From Muribaculaceae bacterium (lineage in GTDB: Bacteria > Bacteroidota > Bacteroidia > Bacteroidales > Muribaculaceae), in the NCBI GenBank assembly GCA_036661515.1, contig JAVWYO010000001.1:8691-72690 (forward strand): a DNA stretch of 64,000 nt. The letters run 5' to 3'. Below are positions 33,823 to 44,149 of this stretch, piece after piece. The notes under the pieces are model-generated. The model was not told the DNA's origin, made no database searches, and worked only from the letters and a program-made list of their open reading frames with translations. The position numbers were made by a program, and so were the translations under genes. Every line of letters begins with the position of its first letter. Position 1 is the stretch's first letter.

Positions 33823-34791
33823 ATGGGCACAATAATCAGAATACTCAGAAAATATCACATTAATATTACACCACAAAAGGGTCGTAATATATTCCTATTT
33901 ACAATCTTTACACTTGTTTCTTTTTTATTCTGGCTATTGCTGACACTAAACATAGAGGTCCAAAAAGATTTTGCCGTTAAAATAAATTTAAATTCGATAC
34001 CCGATTCTACGACAATCATAAGTAATATTCCTAACACAATACGAGTGAGTGTAAGAGATAAAGGCTCGGCATTATTGCGCTATTCATTGGGACAAGAGCC
34101 ATCAATAGATATTAAATTTAAAGATTATATTGTTAGGTCAGGACGTTTTAAAATATCTTCAATAGAGCTACGTAGCCTTATTAGAGATGCCTTTGGTGCT
34201 GGAGCTAATATTATAAGTATAACACCTGATTCTATTATTGCAAATTATACTAATTTGCCAGGTAAAAAGGTCCCAGTAACAATTGATGCCGTTGTTCAAG
34301 CAAATTTCCAGTATGTTATAAGTGGAGATGTTATTGCAAAAACTGATTCCGTCACAATATTTTCTGATAAAGCAACGCTATCAAATATAAATAATGTGTA
34401 TACTTATAGAATTGAAGAACATGAATTGAAAGATACACTTTATCGTAAAGTAAAGATAGCGCCACTTAAAGGTGCTAAAATTATTCCCGAAAGCATAGAA
34501 GTAATTATCCCTGTTGAACCATTAATAACAAAACATCTTTTAATTCCAATTGTATCAAGAAATGTACCCGCTAATCTTAACCTCGTTACATTTCCTTCTA
34601 AAGTTGATGCTTCTTTTCTTGTTCCATTAAGTAAATATCATAAGAATGTGTATTTTAGTGCAAATGTTTTCTATGATGATGTTGTAAAAAAGGACAAAAA
34701 ATTAAAACTAAATATCATACATGTGCCTAACATATACAAGAATGTGTCGCTCGCATTTGATAGTGTAGAATACATAATTGAGACAAAATAG
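33823..34791 (+). CDS. YbbR-like domain-containing membrane protein
   Basis: The track start 33790 lies inside the yajC terminator stem. The ATG at 33823 (MGTIIRIL) is preferred. An N-terminal TM is followed by repeated beta-rich YbbR-like modules. Confidence 0.7.
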   Translation: MGTIIRILRKYHINITPQKGRNIFLFTIFTLVSFLFWLLLTLNIEVQKDFAVKINLNSIPDSTTIISNIPNTIRVSVRDKGSALLRYSLGQEPSIDIKFKDYIVRSGRFKISSIELRSLIRDAFGAGANIISITPDSIIANYTNLPGKKVPVTIDAVVQANFQYVISGDVIAKTDSVTIFSDKATLSNINNVYTYRIEEHELKDTLYRKVKIAPLKGAKIIPESIEVIIPVEPLITKHLLIPIVSRNVPANLNLVTFPSKVDASFLVPLSKYHKNVYFSANVFYDDVVKKDKKLKLNIIHVPNIYKNVSLAFDSVEYIIETK

Positions 34792-34794
34792 CTA

Positions 34795-35367
34795 ATGAAA
34801 AATCAAATCATAGCAATAACGGGAGGTATAGGCAGTGGAAAGAGTGTGGTGTCACAAGTGCTGCGTAGCATGGGCTATGCAGTATATGATACAGATACTG
34901 TTGCAAAGCGTTTAATGAATCATTCGACTGAATTAAAGCAATTGATTTCTAAAACGTTCGGCGCTGATGTAATAGGTGTTGATGGATATGTAAATAAGCC
35001 CATGCTTGCATCTATTGTATTTAACGATAAAACGAAGCTAAAACAACTTAATGATATTGTTCACCCCGTAGTTAAGACTGATTTTATTGCGTGGACAAAA
35101 TCTCATATATGCTATAAAAAAGTGTTTATTGAAACCGCGCTTCTTTATGAAAGTGGATTAGACTCTGTCGTAGATGAAATTTGGAACGTTGTTGCACCCG
35201 AAGAAATAAGAATAGAGCGCGTGATGAAACGAAATGCTGTGACGGCTAAAGATGTAAAAGAACGAATACATTCTCAATGTAAAGATGTAGAGATTATCAC
35301 GCCTAATATTATAAATAACGATGGAAGGCATGCGGTACTTCCTCAATTAAATAAACTCCTTTTATAA
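34795..35367 (+). CDS. coaE: dephospho-CoA kinase
   Basis: 190 aa with the P-loop ITGGIGSGKS and IVHPVV. Confidence 0.9.
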   Translation: MKNQIIAITGGIGSGKSVVSQVLRSMGYAVYDTDTVAKRLMNHSTELKQLISKTFGADVIGVDGYVNKPMLASIVFNDKTKLKQLNDIVHPVVKTDFIAWTKSHICYKKVFIETALLYESGLDSVVDEIWNVVAPEEIRIERVMKRNAVTAKDVKERIHSQCKDVEIITPNIINNDGRHAVLPQLNKLLL

Positions 35368-35410
35368 TGTCAAAGAGTGTAAACTACTTGATGGAAACCA
35401 AAATGAGTGT

Positions 35411-35418
35411 TACATTTG
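35411..35418 (+). promoter_or_regulatory. -7 box for the DUF5606-like gene
   Basis: TACATTTG, 49 nt upstream of the ATG. Confidence 0.45.
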
Positions 35419-35467
35419 CATATAAAATTAATAATTAAGAAAATCATCGAATAAATTTAAAAGAATC

Positions 35468-35902
35468 ATGTTAAAGAAAATACTATCAGTTTCAGGAAAG
35501 CCAGGACTATTTAAACTAATATCTTATGGGAAGAACCTAATCGTCATTGAATGTATTGCAGATGGAAAACGTGTCCCTGCCTACAGCAACGATAAAATAA
35601 TTTCACTTGGGGATATAGCAATTTATACTGATACTACAGAAGTTCCATTAGGAGTTGTTCTAAAGACTATTTATACTAAGTTTGATGGAAAGCCTCTGAA
35701 TGCAAAAGAATATAATACACCTGAATCGTTAAGAAATTTCTTCCAAGAAATTCTCCCCGCATACGATAAAGAACGCGTATATAATAATGATATTAAGAAA
35801 ATAATATCTTGGTATAATATCTTGATTAACGCAGGGATAACCGATTTCAGTAATGATGAAGAGCAAAAAGATAACAACGAGGAGCAAAAAGCTGAAAAAT
35901 AG
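35468..35902 (+). CDS. conserved hypothetical protein (DUF5606-like; name from memory)
   Basis: 144 aa beginning ILSVSGKPGLFKLISYGKN, with its own promoter box and terminator. Confidence 0.6.
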   Translation: MLKKILSVSGKPGLFKLISYGKNLIVIECIADGKRVPAYSNDKIISLGDIAIYTDTTEVPLGVVLKTIYTKFDGKPLNAKEYNTPESLRNFFQEILPAYDKERVYNNDIKKIISWYNILINAGITDFSNDEEQKDNNEEQKAEK

Positions 35903-35925
35903 CTTTATCCGTATTAATTAATACT

Positions 35926-35956
35926 AAAAGGTGATACATTAGTTTCACCTTTTTTT
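35926..35956 (+). terminator. rho-independent terminator after the DUF5606-like gene
   Basis: AAAAGGTGA-loop-TCACCTTTT with the T-run continuing to 35956. Confidence 0.65.
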
Positions 35957-36020
35957 AGCTCTTGGAAAAAGGTTTGTAATTTTATAGACAATAATCCTTT
36001 AATAATAACCACCATAAGGA

Positions 36021-36548
36021 ATGAAAGATATTAAATATTTTATACTTATACCATTTATGCTAATTCTCCTTTGCATAAACACGTCTTGTCATTCCTCTAA
36101 AAAGAATATTAAAGGTACAGAATATGAGTATAATGATAAAGGTATATTAGGATTTAATATAACGAAGCACGATAATAAAAAGCTATATAGAGAAGCCCAA
36201 AAATGGATAGGTACACCTTATCAATATGGAGGTCACACTAAAGATGGCACAGATTGCTCAGGCTTAGTTATGGAAATATATCTTGAAGTTTATAATACAA
36301 AATTACAACGTAATTCGGCAAAGATAATGAGTGAGAACTGTCGGGAAATAAGCAGAAATGCACTTAAAGAGGGGGATTTAATATTCTTTGCGACAGGTAA
36401 AAATTCAAATAGAATTAGCCACGTAGGATTGTATCTTAAAGATGGTAAATTTATTCATTCCTCATCAAGCCGTGGAGTTATTATCAGTGAATTAGAACAA
36501 AAATATTATCAAAGGACGTTTGTGTGCGCAGGCAGAGTTAGACGTTAA
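36021..36548 (+). CDS. NlpC/P60 (C40) peptidoglycan hydrolase lipoprotein
   Basis: 175 aa with a lipobox (INTSC), the catalytic Cys motif GTDCSGLV and a downstream ISHVGLY His. Confidence 0.85.
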   Translation: MKDIKYFILIPFMLILLCINTSCHSSKKNIKGTEYEYNDKGILGFNITKHDNKKLYREAQKWIGTPYQYGGHTKDGTDCSGLVMEIYLEVYNTKLQRNSAKIMSENCREISRNALKEGDLIFFATGKNSNRISHVGLYLKDGKFIHSSSSRGVIISELEQKYYQRTFVCAGRVRR

Positions 36549-38606
36549 TTAGTATCTTAATATCAATGCTCCTTCTTTGCTAATTGTATGAAACGGAATA
36601 TTTAATTCTTTACACTCTTTTTGAAGGTCATATACTCTATCTTTATATATATTTCCAGAAAGGACTATTACAGCTGGATTATAGCATTGTAACAATTTTA
36701 CAATTTTGCCATAATAACCTTTTGAAATCACAAGATAATCCACATCTATTTTATCGCTAATACCATTTAATGCAACTTTCCAGTCACTTCCGTTTATAAC
36801 CGATATTCTCTTTTTACAAAGATACATAAAAGGCTTTGCTACAAATCCACATTTAGTTGTAATCGAGTCATTTACAATATCGAGTGTCTTTATACTGTTC
36901 TTTATGAGAAATGCAGAATTATATTTTTTGACATTATCAAGACTTTCATTATTGTCAGGGAAAATAATGAATCCAGCGTGACCTTCATGATATATTATAG
37001 GCGTTTCATTATAATTGTTCATTATAACGACTTCAACTTTCTCATTATTATTATAAATAAGGATGTTAAAAATGATATAAATAAGACATGTGCTTAATGA
37101 GATTATTAGCCATAGTACTTTGCGAAACTTAAACCAAGATAGGAGTAATGTAACTATTAAAAAATATGCTACAATATCAACAGTTGTAATATTTATATTT
37201 GTGATATTAGAATATGGAATGTTTTTAATAATATTCACTGTATATATCAATATGCCATAAAGGAAATCAATAATACTTCCAAGTATTTGGAATGGGAATA
37301 TAATGTATAAAATAGCTACGCCTAATACAAATGGGAGTAGTGGAATGAGAAAAACATTACCTAATAAAAATAGCACAGGGAATGAGTGAAAATAATATGC
37401 CGATACAATCCCAGTCCCAAGCATTGCAGAAATTGATACTGCAAAAAGGCCACATATATAATATTTTATTTTATTCTTAGGGCTAAAAGGATTTAGCTTT
37501 TTTGATAATGTCAATATAGATAATACGGATAAGAAACTTAATTGAAACCCTACGGAAAATATAGCCATAGGTGAAAAAATCAATATAAAAAAGGCTGCTC
37601 CACAAAGGGCATTAAGCCCCGTATTCCCACGATAAAGCATGTAAGATGTAATGAAAAATGCAGCCATTATTGTCGCTCTAAGTACCGATGGCGACAATCC
37701 TGTTATAAATGCGTATGCAATGAGTATAATTAGCGTAAGCATTAATCGGAATCGTTGCATATTTAGACGTGACAGGGGATATAGTAGAAAGGTGATGATT
37801 ATTGTAATGATACCTACATGAAGCCCGCTGACGGCAAGTATATGGGCTATACCAGCATCTGAGAAGCTACTTCGCACATCATCGTCGAGAATATATCTAT
37901 CGCCAAGTAAAGCTGTGATAATGAATTGTTGCGCTGGAATAGAGATGTCAGATACAAGGATACGATTTATAAGAAGACGCTGGCATCTTTTTGAAATTGC
38001 ATTTATGGAATGGCTATTACCAACAATTGAATAATCACTCCTTTTGATGTGCTGAGTGTATAATATTCCTTCATGCTTCATATAACTTACATAATCAAAC
38101 TCATCGGGATTACCCATATTTCTGATTCTTTCAAAATGTGGTGTAAAACTTATTATATTACCCACTTTTAAACAATAATTATTACCATCAATATTTACGA
38201 GAGCTTTCAATGGCTTTGGCTCAATTACACGTCCAATGCTATCAATATAGCTTTTAATTGATACTGTCAAACTCATAGAATTTTCGTTATCTTTTATATT
38301 CTCTACGCATGCTATTACGGTAGTGTATTTTGTTTCATTCGTTGAGATATAACGAGGCATGAGCATCTTGGCATTAATCCAACCTAAAGCCAAAACAACT
38401 AAAAAAAGTGATATTGAGTATTTATAATTATTTTTATATTTAGTAAATGGCGTTTTATTCCTATTTGCGCTGATATATAATATTAAGGCACAAATAAGTA
38501 GCCCAACTGCAATATAAATTTGCAGTTGGGTACATGAAAATAATATGCCTATAATGAAAGGCAGTAAAAATCGTAATAAAGGTATTTTTGATAAAATATT
38601 ACTCAT
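36549..38606 (-). CDS. comEC: ComEC/Rec2-family DNA internalisation channel protein
   Basis: 685 aa, polytopic, with the AHILAVSGLHVG competence-domain motif. Confidence 0.85.
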   Translation of the reverse strand: MSNILSKIPLLRFLLPFIIGILFSCTQLQIYIAVGLLICALILYISANRNKTPFTKYKNNYKYSISLFLVVLALGWINAKMLMPRYISTNETKYTTVIACVENIKDNENSMSLTVSIKSYIDSIGRVIEPKPLKALVNIDGNNYCLKVGNIISFTPHFERIRNMGNPDEFDYVSYMKHEGILYTQHIKRSDYSIVGNSHSINAISKRCQRLLINRILVSDISIPAQQFIITALLGDRYILDDDVRSSFSDAGIAHILAVSGLHVGIITIIITFLLYPLSRLNMQRFRLMLTLIILIAYAFITGLSPSVLRATIMAAFFITSYMLYRGNTGLNALCGAAFFILIFSPMAIFSVGFQLSFLSVLSILTLSKKLNPFSPKNKIKYYICGLFAVSISAMLGTGIVSAYYFHSFPVLFLLGNVFLIPLLPFVLGVAILYIIFPFQILGSIIDFLYGILIYTVNIIKNIPYSNITNINITTVDIVAYFLIVTLLLSWFKFRKVLWLIISLSTCLIYIIFNILIYNNNEKVEVVIMNNYNETPIIYHEGHAGFIIFPDNNESLDNVKKYNSAFLIKNSIKTLDIVNDSITTKCGFVAKPFMYLCKKRISVINGSDWKVALNGISDKIDVDYLVISKGYYGKIVKLLQCYNPAVIVLSGNIYKDRVYDLQKECKELNIPFHTISKEGALILRY

Positions 38607-39565
38607 TAATTAAGGCTTGCCATAATCACAGCAAGACTACTAACGCCAATAACTATCCATAAAAGTATGCCTTGAAGTACTGGTGTAAATCCCACTTTCT
38701 TTATAACTCCAATAGAAAGGCTTGATCCTATTAAAAATAGAGTTACAATCATTCCTTTCTTAGCAAGCCATACACACCATTGACTTATTTCGGCAGGAAG
38801 TCCAGCATAGCTATTTACTAACATTGCTACAATAAATAGAAATATGAACCAAGGAATTGATATCTTACTTGATTTATTTTTGAAGTAGAATGTCGTGAAG
38901 ATTGCTAATGGAATTATCCATAATGCACGTGTTAGCTTTATTAATGTAGCTATCTCAAGCGCTTTATCACCATAAGCAGCACCTGCACCAACAACTGAAC
39001 TTGTATCATGAATTGCAATTGCAGCCCAAGTGCCAAATTGCTCTTGGCTTAGTCCTAAAAGATGTCCAATAGGTGGAAAAATAAATAATGCTACGGCGTT
39101 AAGCATAAATATAGTACCTAACGATACCGCCATTTGATTTTCATCGGCTTTAATGATTGGAGCAATTGCAGCAATGGCACTTCCGCCACATATTGCAGTA
39201 CCAGAACCAATAAGATATGATGTTTTCCTATCAATTTTCATGTATTTACCCAAAATAACGGCTAATACCATCACAACTACTACAGAAACTATTGTAAATA
39301 ACATTCCATCTTTTCCTGCTTGAAGAGATGCTTCAAAATTCATTCCAAATCCAAGACCTACAACAGAAGCTTGCAATAGATATTTGGAGCTTTTTTTATT
39401 AAACTTCGGGAATGGAATTCCAAATGTAAAAGCAAAAACGAGCCCTATAAATAGAGCTAATGCAGGCGTTAAAAATTCTAAACCCCATATTTTGTCAAAA
39501 GGGAATATAAAAAACAATAGAAGAATAACATAAATGTATCTTCCTACTTGATTAAAATTAGTCAT
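38606..39565 (-). CDS. YeiH/UPF0324-family putative sulfate exporter
   Basis: 319 aa with about 10 TM segments and the GSGTAICGGSAIAA motif. Confidence 0.8.
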   Translation of the reverse strand: MTNFNQVGRYIYVILLLFFIFPFDKIWGLEFLTPALALFIGLVFAFTFGIPFPKFNKKSSKYLLQASVVGLGFGMNFEASLQAGKDGMLFTIVSVVVVMVLAVILGKYMKIDRKTSYLIGSGTAICGGSAIAAIAPIIKADENQMAVSLGTIFMLNAVALFIFPPIGHLLGLSQEQFGTWAAIAIHDTSSVVGAGAAYGDKALEIATLIKLTRALWIIPLAIFTTFYFKNKSSKISIPWFIFLFIVAMLVNSYAGLPAEISQWCVWLAKKGMIVTLFLIGSSLSIGVIKKVGFTPVLQGILLWIVIGVSSLAVIMASLN

Positions 39566-39586
39566 ATATATTATAATAAAATGTTG

Positions 39587-40354
39587 TTATGATTGCCATA
39601 TTTCCCATGCTGCAAATGCTTGTAATAAAAGCATCTCAAGTCCATTCTTTACATTAGCGCCATGGCTCTTTGCTTTCTTCATAAATAGAGTTTCATCGGG
39701 ATTGTATAGCAAGTCATAGCATAAATGAGATGGAGTAAGAAGGTCATAAGGGATATCAGGACATTCGTTTACATGTGGATACATTCCAAGAGGTGTCGTA
39801 TTTATTATTATATGGTGTTTTAGCATTATTGATTTATCCAATTCTTGATATGTCAATGTTGCATTATCTTTATTTCGTGACACTAATTGAGAAGATATTT
39901 TAAACTTTTCAAGACCACAAGCAACTGCTTTTGCCGCACCACCAGTGCCAAGTATAAGAGCATGCGTATGATTTTCTTTTAATAACGGGCGTATAGAATC
40001 GCAAAATCCAATAATATCAGAATTATAGCCTTTAAGCAAACATTTATTGTTCTTCTTGTCAAGGATAAATTTAATTACGTTCACAGCACCGATTTTACGA
40101 GCATCTTCATCTAATTCATCAAGATATTGTATTACCTGTTCTTTATAAGGAATAGTTACATTCAATCCTTTTAAGTCCTTATTTTTACTGATTATTTCTT
40201 TGAATAAACTAATATTAGGAATCTCAAAATTCCTATATTCAGCATTAATTTCCTCTGACTCAAATTTTTGATTAAAGAAATTTCTTGAAAATGAATGCCC
40301 AAGAGGGTATCCAATCAATCCATATACATTCTCGTGGCGTTTATTATCCCTCAT
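39587..40354 (-). CDS. aroE: shikimate dehydrogenase
   Basis: 255 aa with YGLIGYPLGHSFS and the NADP-binding loop ILGTGGAAKA. Confidence 0.88.
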   Translation of the reverse strand: MRDNKRHENVYGLIGYPLGHSFSRNFFNQKFESEEINAEYRNFEIPNISLFKEIISKNKDLKGLNVTIPYKEQVIQYLDELDEDARKIGAVNVIKFILDKKNNKCLLKGYNSDIIGFCDSIRPLLKENHTHALILGTGGAAKAVACGLEKFKISSQLVSRNKDNATLTYQELDKSIMLKHHIIINTTPLGMYPHVNECPDIPYDLLTPSHLCYDLLYNPDETLFMKKAKSHGANVKNGLEMLLLQAFAAWEIWQS

Positions 40355-41333
40355 ATTTAGATTTCATTAATATCGTTTGACTTTCTGCATTTAAAATATC
40401 GCTACACAATTGTGTTACATTATCTATCGTATTGTTATCAACATAAGATTCAATTATTTGTAACCCTATCCAACGTCCCATTGCTCCAGGACTATCTTGA
40501 GAAATTAATATAGTGAATGGTGATGGAGTAAGCATTTGCTCATGAATCATTTTTGATTTTGAATATAGAATATCTTGTGATATTAATTTACGCCATATCT
40601 CTTTCTCATTTGTTTTACACCATTTTTCTTGTGATATAGTGTAGCCAAAGATATTCCCATCAGCATTTTCGGGGATTATTTGCTTCGTTATATATGCAAC
40701 GAGCCCTTCATATATCATTGCCTCAAGTAAAGTCTTTTCCTTTTCAATCTTTTCAGTATTACGTCTAACAATAGCCTCAGCAACATTATATGGGATTTGA
40801 GATGCCGTTTTATTTATTCTTTGATATGGCTCGTAATATTCATACATAGGGTGGTGTGCTCCTAAATAATGATTAAGTCCTATAAGCAATGTGCTATCAG
40901 TTACAATTACAGATTGATTATATGGAGTGATATAACTCTTTATTTGTGGAAATCTATAAGCAGGGAAAACAGGAATAATATTATTATGAATCTCAGTTAA
41001 TATCATTTCTAATGTATCTAAGCTATTAAATCTATTTTTTACATCAATATAGAAAGCTTTATAAATTGCAGTCGAAGGTATATTTGAAATGACCGAATCA
41101 ATATCGTTACTATTCCGACATTTTTCTTGATATAGTAACGTGATAATATCACTATATTTTTGCTTAAATTCATTCTTTTGTAACTCACTCATTTTTGAGT
41201 AGTTATTAACATCAAGCTCAAATCTTTTAATCTCAATACCAGATTTAGCAATTTTATCAACGGAGCAACTGCATACTAAGTTAAGAAGTAGCAAGGGTAA
41301 TATGATAGATAATATTTTGAAAATAAATTTCAT
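40344..41333 (-). CDS. GldB-like (gliding-motility lipoprotein family / DUF2268-like) lipoprotein
   Basis: 329 aa with a lipobox (LVCSC) and an I-x-RFE pattern soon after the signal peptide, as in GldB. The assignment is from memory only. Confidence 0.6.
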   Translation of the reverse strand: MKFIFKILSIILPLLLLNLVCSCSVDKIAKSGIEIKRFELDVNNYSKMSELQKNEFKQKYSDIITLLYQEKCRNSNDIDSVISNIPSTAIYKAFYIDVKNRFNSLDTLEMILTEIHNNIIPVFPAYRFPQIKSYITPYNQSVIVTDSTLLIGLNHYLGAHHPMYEYYEPYQRINKTASQIPYNVAEAIVRRNTEKIEKEKTLLEAMIYEGLVAYITKQIIPENADGNIFGYTISQEKWCKTNEKEIWRKLISQDILYSKSKMIHEQMLTPSPFTILISQDSPGAMGRWIGLQIIESYVDNNTIDNVTQLCSDILNAESQTILMKSKYEG

Positions 41334-41337
41334 TTTA

Positions 41338-41345
41338 CAAAATTA
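41338..41345 (-). promoter_or_regulatory. -7 box for the gldB-like-aroE-yeiH-comEC unit
   Basis: Minus-strand TAATTTTG, only 4 nt upstream of the ATG. Confidence 0.4.
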
Positions 41346-41450
41346 GTCCATTTTAGGAATAATATCATTTGATTTCACCTATTTTTTATTCAAAAGTGAA
41401 CTTAGGAGCAAAAAATCGTACATTTAGGGTGACTTTTAATTGATTATTCC

Positions 41451-41458
41451 TAAATTTG
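41451..41458 (+). promoter_or_regulatory. -7 box for amidase-mlaD
   Basis: TAAATTTG, 39 nt upstream of ATG 41498. Confidence 0.45.
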
Positions 41459-41497
41459 CAGATATATTATGTAAAAAATTATCTGAATTACTTATTA

Positions 41498-42865
41498 ATG
41501 GTTTGTCTATTAAAATATCATATTAGAAATATATTTTTCATCTTATTCATTTTTTGTTTTGCTCTTACAGGCATGGCAAAAGATTTTGTCGTAGTTATTG
41601 ATGCTGGGCATGGTGGTCACGACATGGGTGCTGTGGGGCTTAAGTCTTACGAGAAAAATATCAATCTTGATGTAGCACGAAAAGTAGGTGATATGATTTC
41701 ATCGAAAATAGATAATGTGAAGGTTATATATACGCGTGATAGTGACAAATATCTAACTCTTCAAGAACGTGCCAATCTTGCTAATAAAGCAAATGGAGAT
41801 TTATTTATTTCGATTCATACAAATTCTATTGATAAAAAATCAAGAAATCGTACCAGCGTTTCTGGTGCATCGACTTACACTCTCGGATTACACCGTACAG
41901 AAGAAAATCTTGCTGTTGCAAAACGTGAAAATTCCGTTATTGCTCTTGAAGATGATTACACTACTACTTATCAAGGATTTGACCCTAATTCGACTGAATC
42001 TTACATAATATTTGAAATTAGTCAAAGTAAACACATGGAACAAAGTGTAAACTTTGCTTCTGAAATTCAAAAAGAGTTTGTCAATGTAGCAAATAGATAT
42101 GATAAAGGAGTTCGCCAAGCTGGATTTTGGGTACTTGCAGCTACAAGTATGCCTGCAGTACTTATTGAACTTGACTTTATATGTAATCCAACACAAGAGG
42201 ATTTCCTTATATCAGAAGAGGGACAAAATAAAATGGCTAAATCCATTTTCAATGCTTTTAAAGGTTATAAAAATGCATCTGATACTAAAATTGCATCAGT
42301 TTCAACGCCAACAAAAAAAGTTACAAAGAAAGAAAAAGAAGAAACAGCAAATATTGATAATAAAATATATGTTGCTCCAAATTATCAATCGAAAGTAAAA
42401 GATGTATCTGATGAGGACTACAAATATTCGATTAGAAGAAGCAATAAGATAGATAAAAGCCGAAGCGAAAAAAACAAATCTTCAAATAAATCAAAAAAGA
42501 AATCATCAAAAAATGAAACAAAACAAGATATTGATGATTTTGTTATAAATTCTAATGATGATAAAAATGACCAGAATATAGAAGAGGAGGTAAAAGTTGA
42601 AAATGCTAAGAGCAAAGAAGATAAAGAACCTGATACTATTTTTCGCATCCAATTTTTGACCAGTCCTAAATCGTTGAAAGCTAATAGTTCTTTTTTTAAG
42701 AATCTATATCCAGTTTCTAATTATAAAGACGGTGGCCTATATAAGTACACTTATGGCGAAACTAAAAGCCAAAATGAAGCTAAACGCTTATTGAACTACG
42801 TAAAAACCAAATTTAAAGAAGCATTTATAGTGTCATTTAAAGATGGCGTAAGAACAAATAAATAA
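41498..42865 (+). CDS. N-acetylmuramoyl-L-alanine amidase (Amidase_3) with a C-terminal SPOR domain
   Basis: The track start 41456 is a TTG inside the promoter box; the ATG at 41498 is preferred. Motifs are VIDAGHGGHDMGA, SIHTNS, a long K/S/N/E linker and a SPOR-like end (IFRIQFLTS...AKRLL...FIVSFKDG). Confidence 0.88.
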   Translation: MVCLLKYHIRNIFFILFIFCFALTGMAKDFVVVIDAGHGGHDMGAVGLKSYEKNINLDVARKVGDMISSKIDNVKVIYTRDSDKYLTLQERANLANKANGDLFISIHTNSIDKKSRNRTSVSGASTYTLGLHRTEENLAVAKRENSVIALEDDYTTTYQGFDPNSTESYIIFEISQSKHMEQSVNFASEIQKEFVNVANRYDKGVRQAGFWVLAATSMPAVLIELDFICNPTQEDFLISEEGQNKMAKSIFNAFKGYKNASDTKIASVSTPTKKVTKKEKEETANIDNKIYVAPNYQSKVKDVSDEDYKYSIRRSNKIDKSRSEKNKSSNKSKKKSSKNETKQDIDDFVINSNDDKNDQNIEEEVKVENAKSKEDKEPDTIFRIQFLTSPKSLKANSSFFKNLYPVSNYKDGGLYKYTYGETKSQNEAKRLLNYVKTKFKEAFIVSFKDGVRTNK

Positions 42866-42881
42866 ATTTGATAAAAGAATA

Positions 42882-43784
42882 ATGAAGAAAATATTTTCTA
42901 AAGAAGTGAAGATCGCTATTGCTGTAATTGTTAGTTTAGCAATACTTTTTGTTGGCATTGATTACCTAAAAGGTATAAACATATTTAAACCAGCTAATTT
43001 TTATCTCGTTAAATATAATAAGGTTGATGGCTTAGTGGTCTCAGCTCCTGTAACTATTAATGGGTTTCAAATAGGTATGGTTAGAGAAATACGATATGAA
43101 TATGAAAACAACGGTAATATTATTGTTGAATTAAGTCTTGATAAAGAGCTAAATGTTCCTGTTGGGACAACTGCTATTCTTGCAAATGATATGCTTGGTG
43201 TTTCTTCTATTCAATTACATTTAACTGATGTCAAAACTTATTATAATGTAGGAGATGAAATCAAAGGAGAAAATTCGGTGGGTATGTTAGATGAAATACA
43301 TAATAAACTGATGCCAGCTTTTTCAGAAATATTACCTCGTATTGATAGCGTGCTTTACAACTTAAATAAAGTTGTTTCAAATCCTGCGCTATCATCTTCC
43401 ATAACACGCCTTGATAACATCACAGCAAACATTGAAAAGAGCTCTGTACAGCTTTCTAAAATAATGAGTAAATCAGTTCCAACTATAATGACAAATGTGA
43501 ATGGCATTTCGGAAAACCTAAATAATATAACTACTGATTTAAATCAAGTTAGTGCTGATCTAAAGAAATTACCGTTAGAGTCCACAATGGAAAATATCCG
43601 TAGCACAACAGCAAATTTAAATGAAATCACTGGGAGCATAAATAGCAAAAATTCCACTCTTGGGTTATTAATACACGACCGTGGCCTTTATGATCATATT
43701 GATGGAACAGTTACAAGTCTTGATTCGGTTCTTATTGATCTTAGATTACACCCTAAAAGATATGTGAATTTTAAATTGTTCTAA
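42882..43784 (+). CDS. MlaD/MCE-family protein
   Basis: 300 aa with an N-terminal TM, an MCE beta-barrel region (VSAPVTINGFQIGMVREI) and a helical C-terminus. Confidence 0.8.
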   Translation: MKKIFSKEVKIAIAVIVSLAILFVGIDYLKGINIFKPANFYLVKYNKVDGLVVSAPVTINGFQIGMVREIRYEYENNGNIIVELSLDKELNVPVGTTAILANDMLGVSSIQLHLTDVKTYYNVGDEIKGENSVGMLDEIHNKLMPAFSEILPRIDSVLYNLNKVVSNPALSSSITRLDNITANIEKSSVQLSKIMSKSVPTIMTNVNGISENLNNITTDLNQVSADLKKLPLESTMENIRSTTANLNEITGSINSKNSTLGLLIHDRGLYDHIDGTVTSLDSVLIDLRLHPKRYVNFKLF

Positions 43785-43809
43785 TAAAATATTTGAGATA
43801 AAAGCATTG

Positions 43810-43844
43810 AATCCCTTATTTAGAAACCGTCTAAATAAGGGATT
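43810..43844 (+). terminator. hairpin terminator after the mlaD-like gene
   Basis: Perfect 14-bp stem, AATCCCTTATTTAG-AAACCGT-CTAAATAAGGGATT. Confidence 0.6.
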
Positions 43845-44149
43845 TAACATTGCTAACATGATAACATTCTACATGTGTCAATTTGCCATTGCTTAAGAAT
43901 CTAAAATGTTTAATTTACCTATGTTATTAAGCATACAAATTTGTACAATACGCTGCAAATAAGTTATATAATTTAAATTTTAGGGTATGATTTTAACAAT
44001 ATGATAATATTTGATTCAATTCATTGATAGATAGTGTAGTTATGGTACAAATATAAAATCCAAATATTTTAGGCACTTGTTTTACAAAATAATTAGAGCA
44101 AAATTTGTATTCGTAAGTAATAAAAGTAAAAATAAAATAAAGGAACACA

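Noticed and set aside
41769-42648. Cluster of five short ORFs on both strands within the amidase gene, some lysine-rich.
   Set aside because: They are frame-shifted readings of the catalytic domain and of the K/S/N/E low-complexity linker.
43785-44149. Possible oriC in the 365-nt AT-rich spacer upstream of dnaA.
   Set aside because: I could not find a single good TTATCCACA / TGTGGATAA DnaA box, let alone a cluster. AT-richness alone is not evidence, and a proper DnaA-box and GC-skew scan is needed.
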